This document shows, piece by piece, positions 58,066 through 64,000 of a stretch of 64,000 nt of DNA; the first letter of the stretch is position 1; every line of letters begins with the position of its first letter. This stretch comes from an uncultured bacterium (lineage in GTDB: Bacteria > Omnitrophota > Gorgyraeia > Duberdicusellales > CBEUCJ01), in assembly GCA_965541615.1 (NCBI GenBank), contig CBEUCJ010000004.1, forward strand, positions 21,167 to 85,166. The letters are read 5' to 3'. Both the position numbers and the translations under genes were made by a program. The notes beneath the pieces are model-generated. The model had not been told where the DNA came from and did not search any database. It saw nothing but the letters and a program-made list of their open reading frames with translations.

Positions 58066-58956
58066 TTGATGGAGAAATACATAGATTACTTTTTGAATTT
58101 TTTAGAATTAGAGAGAGGTTTATCTAAGAACACGATTATTTCCTATATGAGGGATCTTAAGAAAAAGTATTTACCTTTCTTAGAAAAGAAAGGAATAAAG
58201 AGCTGGTCTCAAGTAACTAAAAGAGATATTCAGGATTTTTTGTTTTATTTGTACAAAAAAGCAGAGCCTGCTTCTGTAATGAGGTATTTAGCAGCTATAA
58301 AGATGTTTCACAGATTTATGGTAAGAGAAGGATTTTTAAAATCTGACCCTTCAAACTTAATAGAGTTTCCTAAATTATGGAGAAAGATCCCGCAGGTTTT
58401 AACTCAAACTGAAGTAAAAAGATTAATGGAAGCGTGTAATCAAAAAAATAAAATAGCTAAAAGAGACAGAGCAATTTTAGAATTGTTATATGCTACAGGA
58501 ATGAGAGTTTCAGAATTAGTAAATTTAAAAATTGAAGATTTATATTTAGATATAGGATTTATAAGGTGCAAAGGAAAAGGCAAAAAAGAAAGGCTACTCC
58601 CTTTAAGTGAACTTTCCAAAAAATTATTAGAAGAATATTTAGAGATCTATAGACCTAAAATTTTAAAGAACAGAAATTCTGAATATGTATTTGTAAATAA
58701 TAGAGCAAAACCTTTAAGTAGACAGAGTATCTGGAAGATGATAAAACACTATGCAAGAAAAGCTGGTATTAACAAAAAAATTACTCCACATACTTTAAGA
58801 CATTCAATAGCTACTCATCTTTTAGAGAGAGGTGCAAACTTGAGGTTCGTTCAAGAGATACTAGGTCACAGAAATCTGAGTACTACTCAAATTTATACTC
58901 ATATAAATAGAATGAGATTGAAAGAAATCCATGAAAAGTTTCATCCACGTGCTTAA
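58066..58956 (+). CDS. xerD: Tyrosine recombinase XerC/XerD family
   Basis: R…HxxR…Y catalytic set (LRHSIATHLL…TQIYTHI). Confidence 0.85.
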   Translation: MMEKYIDYFLNFLELERGLSKNTIISYMRDLKKKYLPFLEKKGIKSWSQVTKRDIQDFLFYLYKKAEPASVMRYLAAIKMFHRFMVREGFLKSDPSNLIEFPKLWRKIPQVLTQTEVKRLMEACNQKNKIAKRDRAILELLYATGMRVSELVNLKIEDLYLDIGFIRCKGKGKKERLLPLSELSKKLLEEYLEIYRPKILKNRNSEYVFVNNRAKPLSRQSIWKMIKHYARKAGINKKITPHTLRHSIATHLLERGANLRFVQEILGHRNLSTTQIYTHINRMRLKEIHEKFHPRA

Positions 58957-58966
58957 AGAAAAACCA

Positions 58967-60235
58967 ATGAATTTTAAAGACGAAATATTAAGTTTAAATA
59001 AAAAAACACTCAATTTAATAAATCTTTTGAGAGAGATTTCTAAAAAGTTGAATATAAAAATTTATTTAGTAGGAGGTAGTGTAAGAGATTTAATTTTAAA
59101 GAAGAGAAATTTTGATTTAGATTTTGTAACAGAAGGTTCAGCCATAAAGGTATGTGAACAGCTTTCAAAAATATTAAATTGTGAATGTATTTATAATTCT
59201 CAATTTTTGACTGCTAAATTGAATTTTGAAGATAAGACTTTAGATTTTGCCACTGCAAGGAGAGAAAAATATCTGTTCCCTGGAGCTTTACCTAAGGTAT
59301 CTATGTCAAATTTGAGAGAGGATCTATTCAGAAGAGATTTTACAATAAATGCTATGGCAATCTCTTTGAATGAATCTGATTTTGGAACACTTTATGATTT
59401 TTACAATGGTTATCAAGATTTAAAAGAGAAGATAATAAGAGTTTTACATCCAAAAAGTTTTTTAGATGACCCTACCAGAATATTTAGAGGAATAAGGTTT
59501 AAAGAGAGATTAAACTTCAATTTTGATAGACTTACTTTTTCACTAATGTTAGATGCAGTTAAAAAAAATGCTCTTTTTACTATAGATGAGCATAGGATAA
59601 AAGATGAGATCTTCTTAATATTGAGAGAAGAAGGAGTAGCAAAGTATTTAAAGAGCATACAAAAAATATGTAGTTTTAGATTTATTAACAAAAAAATAAA
59701 ATTGGATAAAAAAGATTTAGATTTTATAGATAGATTGGAAAAAAACTTAACGAGTTTCTCAAAAAGATTTAAATTAAATTTAGATAAGGCTTCTATAATA
59801 TTAGGAGTAATGTTTTCTAAGCTTAATAAAGAAGAGATTGCAGAGATTTATAAAAGATTTGGATATAAAAAAACTGAACAGAAAATATTTTTAGATATAA
59901 AAAAAATAAACATTTTAAAAAATTACTTGAAAAAAGTCAGTAGCTCTTCTAAACTATATTTTCTTTTAAAATCTCTGAGTAACGAAGCTCTGTATGTTCT
60001 TTATCAAAAGAGTAAAAAGTTTTTGAGAAAAAAGATAGAATTTTATCTTGAGGAACTTAGATTTGTAAAGATTCAAACTACAGGTGATTTTTTAAAAAAA
60101 TTAGGAGTAAAAGAAGGTCCTATTTACTCAGAGATTTTTAAAAAAGTTCTTTTGAAAAAATTGGAAGCCAAAATTAAAGATAGAGCTGAAGAGGAAGCTT
60201 ATATAAAAAAGTTGTTAAAGACTCAAGTTAAATGA
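58967..60235 (+). CDS. CCA-adding enzyme / poly(A) polymerase family nucleotidyltransferase
   Basis: GGSVRDLIL…DLDF head-domain motifs; start at ATG 58967. Confidence 0.75.
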   Translation: MNFKDEILSLNKKTLNLINLLREISKKLNIKIYLVGGSVRDLILKKRNFDLDFVTEGSAIKVCEQLSKILNCECIYNSQFLTAKLNFEDKTLDFATARREKYLFPGALPKVSMSNLREDLFRRDFTINAMAISLNESDFGTLYDFYNGYQDLKEKIIRVLHPKSFLDDPTRIFRGIRFKERLNFNFDRLTFSLMLDAVKKNALFTIDEHRIKDEIFLILREEGVAKYLKSIQKICSFRFINKKIKLDKKDLDFIDRLEKNLTSFSKRFKLNLDKASIILGVMFSKLNKEEIAEIYKRFGYKKTEQKIFLDIKKINILKNYLKKVSSSSKLYFLLKSLSNEALYVLYQKSKKFLRKKIEFYLEELRFVKIQTTGDFLKKLGVKEGPIYSEIFKKVLLKKLEAKIKDRAEEEAYIKKLLKTQVK

Positions 60236-60510
60236 AGATAGGTTTAATGAGATTTCAATTATATATTCCTTATTCTCATTCTTTGAAAAATAAAAGACAG
60301 ATAGTTAACAGATTGAAAGATAAAATAAGGAATAAATTCAATGTTTCTGTTTGTGAAAAACCTTCAAACAATTCCAAATTTTCAGAGATAAATATAGTTT
60401 GTATTAATTATTCTATAGAGGTGATAGAAAATACCTTTAATTGTATTAAAAAATTTGTATTTCAAAACAGAGAATACGAAGTTTTAGATTTTTGTAAAGA
60501 ATTTTTATGA
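60232..60510 (+). CDS. DUF503 (YlxP-like) protein
   Basis: Sequence and position just upstream of rbfA. Confidence 0.6.
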   Translation: MKIGLMRFQLYIPYSHSLKNKRQIVNRLKDKIRNKFNVSVCEKPSNNSKFSEINIVCINYSIEVIENTFNCIKKFVFQNREYEVLDFCKEFL

Positions 60511-60875
60511 GTATAAGGACAGATAAAGTTTCTCAACTTTTGAAAAGAGAGATAGGAAAAATCTTAGAACATAATATATGTGATCCAGATTTAGGATTTG
60601 TAAGTATAGTAGATGTAAAGGTAACTCCTGATTTGAGGTTAGCAAAAGTATACTTTTCTGTCTTAGGAGATAGGATAAGTAAAGAAAAGACAAAGAAAGT
60701 GTTAGAAAAAGCCAAAGGTTATATTAAAAAATTGCTATCTGAGAGGATAAGATTAAAATTTATGCCTGATATTCAATTTTGTTTAGATGAGTCTATAGAA
60801 TATAGTCTTAGAATAGAAAAAATCCTGGAGGAGTTGAATGCTCAAAAAAATAAGCAGGATAATAAAAGAGAATAG
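60507..60875 (+). CDS. rbfA: Ribosome-binding factor A
   Basis: RbfA KH-like sequence. Confidence 0.85.
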   Translation: MSIRTDKVSQLLKREIGKILEHNICDPDLGFVSIVDVKVTPDLRLAKVYFSVLGDRISKEKTKKVLEKAKGYIKKLLSERIRLKFMPDIQFCLDESIEYSLRIEKILEELNAQKNKQDNKRE

Positions 60876-61803
60876 AATTTTTTTAATAGTAACTCACAAA
60901 AATATGGAGGCAGATGCTTTAGGTTCGCAATTAGCTTTAGGAAGACTTTTGAAAAAATTAAAGAAAAAAGTAATTTTAATAAATGCAGATAAAGTCCCTT
61001 CTATTTACCATTTTCTACCTGGAGCTCAAGAGGTTAAAAACACTATTCCTAATAAAAAAATAGATGTGTGTTTTGTTTTGGATTGTTCAGATTTAGAAAG
61101 GACAGGCAGATTAGCACAAAAGATTAAAAATTATTTTATTGTTAATATAGATCACCACATAAGTAACACTAGATTTGGAAATGTGAACTGGATAGATTCT
61201 CATTCTACATCTACTTGTGAGATGATCTATAGACTCTACAAATTTTTAAAAATAAATTTAGATAAAAAATCTGCCTTGTGTATATATGCAGGAATACTTT
61301 CTGATACAGGTTCTTTTTCTTTTATGAATACTACCCCTCAAGCTCACAAGATCTCTTATGAGCTTTTAAAGTTTGGGATAAAGCCTTGGTATGTACATCA
61401 GCAAATTTATAATAATTTTTCTTTAAAAGAGATTAAATTTTGTTCAGAGATTTTGAGAAATATTAAATCTTGTTATAGAGGAAAGATAGTATATTGCCAA
61501 ACAAATAAGTGGAGAGAAAATTTAAAAGGAAGTTCAGAGCTGACTGAATTCATTCTTTCTTTGATGAGAAGTGTTAAGAGCTCAGAAGTAGCAATTTTAT
61601 TTAAATATATGAGAGATAAAGTTAGAATTAATTTAAGATCAAAAGGCAAAGTAGATGTAAATAAAATAGCCTCTTTTTTTGGTGGAGGAGGTCACACTTG
61701 TGCTTCAGCAGTTACTGTGAAAGGAAGTTTAAGAGATGTAAAAAATAAGGTATTAAGTAAAATTGTAAAAGAACTTGCAAAATGGGAGAAAAAAAAGATA
61801 TAG
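60838..61803 (+). CDS. nrnA: DHH-family phosphoesterase (NrnA-like oligoribonuclease/pAp phosphatase)
   Basis: DHH motif NIDHHISN, DHHA1 GGGH. Confidence 0.8.
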   Translation: MLKKISRIIKENRIFLIVTHKNMEADALGSQLALGRLLKKLKKKVILINADKVPSIYHFLPGAQEVKNTIPNKKIDVCFVLDCSDLERTGRLAQKIKNYFIVNIDHHISNTRFGNVNWIDSHSTSTCEMIYRLYKFLKINLDKKSALCIYAGILSDTGSFSFMNTTPQAHKISYELLKFGIKPWYVHQQIYNNFSLKEIKFCSEILRNIKSCYRGKIVYCQTNKWRENLKGSSELTEFILSLMRSVKSSEVAILFKYMRDKVRINLRSKGKVDVNKIASFFGGGGHTCASAVTVKGSLRDVKNKVLSKIVKELAKWEKKKI

Positions 61804-62456
61804 AAGGGATTATAATAGTAAATAAACCTCAAGGGCTTACTTCTTGTAGAGTAGTAGAGATTTTAAGAAAAAAGTTAAAGATAAAAAAGATGGGACATGC
61901 AGGCACTTTAGATCCTATGGCGACAGGTGTTCTTGTAATATTAGTAGGTAAAGCTACAAAGAGATTCCAAGAATTTATAGAATATCCAAAGGAATATTCA
62001 GCTACTTTAAAACTTGGAGAGTCAACCGACACAGGAGACGCTCAAGGCAAAATCATTTCTAAAGGAGATTACAGTAAAGTTTCTTTAGAGATGTTTAAAC
62101 AAGCATTAGAATGTTTTAAGGGAGAAATAGAACAAGTTCCTCCAATGGTGAGTGCTTTAAGATACAAAGGTCAAAGATTATATAAATTAGCGAGAAAAGG
62201 AATAACTGTAGAAAGAAAACCTCGCAAGGTTAAAGTATATGATATAAGGTTAGAGAAATTTTATTTACCATTTGTGGATCTCTACATAAAATGCTCAAAA
62301 GGCACATATATAAGAAAGATAGCTGAAGACTTAGGAAATCTATTAGGTTGTGGAGCTCATATAGTTAAAATTACAAGACTTTCTCAAGGACCATACAGAT
62401 TAGAAGAAGCAAAGTCCTTAGAAGAAATAGATGAAAGTTCTATCATCTCTATCTGA
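61782..62456 (+). CDS. truB: tRNA pseudouridine(55) synthase
   Basis: HAGTLDPMATGVL catalytic Asp motif. Confidence 0.9.
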   Translation: MGEKKDIEGIIIVNKPQGLTSCRVVEILRKKLKIKKMGHAGTLDPMATGVLVILVGKATKRFQEFIEYPKEYSATLKLGESTDTGDAQGKIISKGDYSKVSLEMFKQALECFKGEIEQVPPMVSALRYKGQRLYKLARKGITVERKPRKVKVYDIRLEKFYLPFVDLYIKCSKGTYIRKIAEDLGNLLGCGAHIVKITRLSQGPYRLEEAKSLEEIDESSIISI

Positions 62457-63360
62457 AGTTCCTTTAAAGCCTTTATTTTTTACATTAGGTATTTTTGACT
62501 CTTTTCACTTAGGGCACCAAAAGATATTTAAAAGATTGAATTATTTCAAAGAAAAATATAAGTGCAAAAGTTGTGTTATAACTTTTTATCCCCATCCAGA
62601 AAAAATCTTAAAAAAAAGTTTTTTAGGATACGTATTACCTCTTAAAAAAAGATTAAATTTTTTTAAAAAACAAAATGTAGATTATTGTGTAATTATGAAT
62701 TTTAATAAAAGATTAGCTAAAATCTGTGCTGAAGATTTTTTAAAGAGATTGATAAAAAAAAGTTGTATAAAAGGGATAATAGTAGGAGAAGAATTTAAGT
62801 TAGGTAGAGATCAAAGGTATTTAAGAGAGTTTAAAAATTTTTTTGAGAGAAGAGGAATAATTGCAGAATTTGTTAAAGTTTATAAAAAGAAAAAGAAAAA
62901 AATATCGACTAAATTTATAAAAGCTCTAATAAGAAAGGCAGATTTTAAAAATTTAAAACTTTTGTTAGGAAGAGAGTATAGTATTTGTTCTAAAGTTATA
63001 AAAGGAAAAGGTAGAGGTAAAATTTTAGGCTTTCCTACAGCAAATTTGGATACAAAAGATTTAGTTTTACCTAAAGAGGGAGTTTATATTTCTAAAACTC
63101 TAGTTAATAAGAATATTTACTTTTCTTTATTGAGTGTTGGAAGGAGACCTACTTTTGAGAAAAAAGGAAAGTTATGTTGTGAAGTTTACATTTTGAATTT
63201 TAAAGGTAATTTATATGGAAAAGAGTTAGAAGTGTTTCCTTTAAAGTTCTTGAGAAGACAGGAGAAATTTAAAAATCTGTATTTGTTAAAGAAAAGGATA
63301 AATGAAGATGTAAAAATACTTGAAAAGTTTATGAAAAATTATTATATTAAAAAGTTATGA
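62431..63360 (+). CDS. ribF: Bifunctional riboflavin kinase / FAD synthetase
   Basis: GIFDSFHLGH N-terminal motif, C-terminal GFPTANL kinase motif. Confidence 0.85.
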   Translation: MKVLSSLSEVPLKPLFFTLGIFDSFHLGHQKIFKRLNYFKEKYKCKSCVITFYPHPEKILKKSFLGYVLPLKKRLNFFKKQNVDYCVIMNFNKRLAKICAEDFLKRLIKKSCIKGIIVGEEFKLGRDQRYLREFKNFFERRGIIAEFVKVYKKKKKKISTKFIKALIRKADFKNLKLLLGREYSICSKVIKGKGRGKILGFPTANLDTKDLVLPKEGVYISKTLVNKNIYFSLLSVGRRPTFEKKGKLCCEVYILNFKGNLYGKELEVFPLKFLRRQEKFKNLYLLKKRINEDVKILEKFMKNYYIKKL

Positions 63361-64000
63361 GAGTCTTTTTAATAATAATTTGCATTTGTGTTTATTCTAT
63401 AGCATTTTCTGCATCTGTAGAAGATTATCTTTTAGAATTAGGCAAAACTTATTGGAAAAGGGGTGATTTTAAAAATGCAGAGATAGAATTTAAAAAAGTT
63501 TTGCTAATAAACCCTAACAATCTGGAGGCAAAAGAATACTTAAAAAAAATCTATCAAGCAAAAAAAGGTTCTCTTGGAGAAACTAAATTTGAGAGTATAA
63601 AAAAAGAGGAAAAAAGAAAAAAGAAAAGTAAATTTAAATTAAGAGGAGAGTATCAATTAAGTTTTGGAATAAAAGATAAAGAATTCATTTGGAAAAGAGC
63701 TAATTACGATCTTAATGAAAAAAATTGGAGGTTACTCAGTGAAGATGTTTACAATTACAGAGAAAACACTTATGACCCTCAAATACTTTCTTATTTAAGA
63801 TTTAATTTAGATTGCCTTTCACAAGATGGTTTGAGTTTTTATTCAAGTTTTGATATCAGTCCATACAGTTTTATTGGAAAGACAGATGAAATAACTATTA
63901 GAGGTGTAGGAGGAGATTCAGCAAAGATTCAGTTAAAATACTGGGCAAATACTGGTTATACGATTAATGAGACAGTTTACACTTTAGAGAATGGAGATTC
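63357..64000 (+). CDS. Secreted protein with N-terminal signal peptide and TPR-like repeat (3' end cut by window)
   Basis: Frame open from ATG 63357 to window end; hydrophobic N-terminus. Confidence 0.5.
   Translation, partial: MRVFLIIICICVYSIAFSASVEDYLLELGKTYWKRGDFKNAEIEFKKVLLINPNNLEAKEYLKKIYQAKKGSLGETKFESIKKEEKRKKKSKFKLRGEYQLSFGIKDKEFIWKRANYDLNEKNWRLLSEDVYNYRENTYDPQILSYLRFNLDCLSQDGLSFYSSFDISPYSFIGKTDEITIRGVGGDSAKIQLKYWANTGYTINETVYTLENGD

Overview
The window is a 64 kb chromosomal segment from a very AT-rich, lysine- and glutamate-rich bacterium. It looks like a diderm (lptB and an OstA-like gene are present), probably a thermophilic anaerobe, but the organism cannot be named from sequence alone. 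Gene density is about 90%. About 90 genes sit on the + strand; only one large surface protein lies on the - strand.

Content in order:
- pstSCAB-phoU (pstS cut by the window edge)
- A type II R-M pair: a beta-class SPPY methyltransferase, likely m4C, with a downstream endonuclease candidate that has no start codon
- A 1024-aa multi-CARDB secreted protein, the only - strand gene
- A PNP/MTA-phosphorylase-family gene followed by an unusual class II aldolase-SCP2 fusion
- lptC/A-like gene and lptB
- A trigger factor lacking the PPIase domain, then clpP
- A serine-biosynthesis pair (class V aminotransferase, serA)
- A split pta (P-loop/DRTGG domain and catalytic domain as separate genes) plus ackA
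- DJ-1, panD, def, and a TrxR-like gene
- A nucleic-acid-repair-like cluster: NYN, DUF523, radical-SAM with HhH, MBL, PilZ, YkgJ, Clp1-like kinase
- HEPN/MNT modules, including a fused MntA-HepT
- A compact type II FAS/PKS-like lipid cluster: a catalytically dead KS partner, KR, ACP, FabZ-like dehydratase, active KS, stand-alone thioester reductase, nitroreductase, GMC oxidoreductase, CrtI-like oxidoreductase. It carries decay marks.
- An orphan multi-TM histidine kinase
- A second, partly decayed HEPN/MNT array
- fur, with a near-consensus Fur box
- Housekeeping genes after the fur-linked block: ribE, tRNA-Pro(CGG), acylphosphatase, ligA, xerD, CCA/polyA-polymerase family, DUF503, rbfA, nrnA, truB, ribF

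The most interesting part is a second Fur box followed by a tightly packed operon:
- Three tandem small proteins with extremely W/F/Y/P/G-rich N-terminal regions and coiled-coil C-termini
- NifB/NifX-fold proteins
- A 2x[4Fe-4S] ferredoxin
- Two MinD-type ATPases with ferredoxin inserts
- A CoADR/Nox-family oxidoreductase
- Mrp/ApbC, DUF89, two FmdB zinc ribbons, a two-repeat permease, an MBL hydrolase and a CMPC thioredoxin

The same C-terminal amphipathic 'LKQQ..L..QIE.I..RIKELE' helix is appended to four different N-terminal domains. That is the hallmark of a docking or targeting peptide. This looks like an iron-responsive, previously uncharacterised metal-cluster handling system.

No CRISPR arrays, transposases or rRNA genes were seen.
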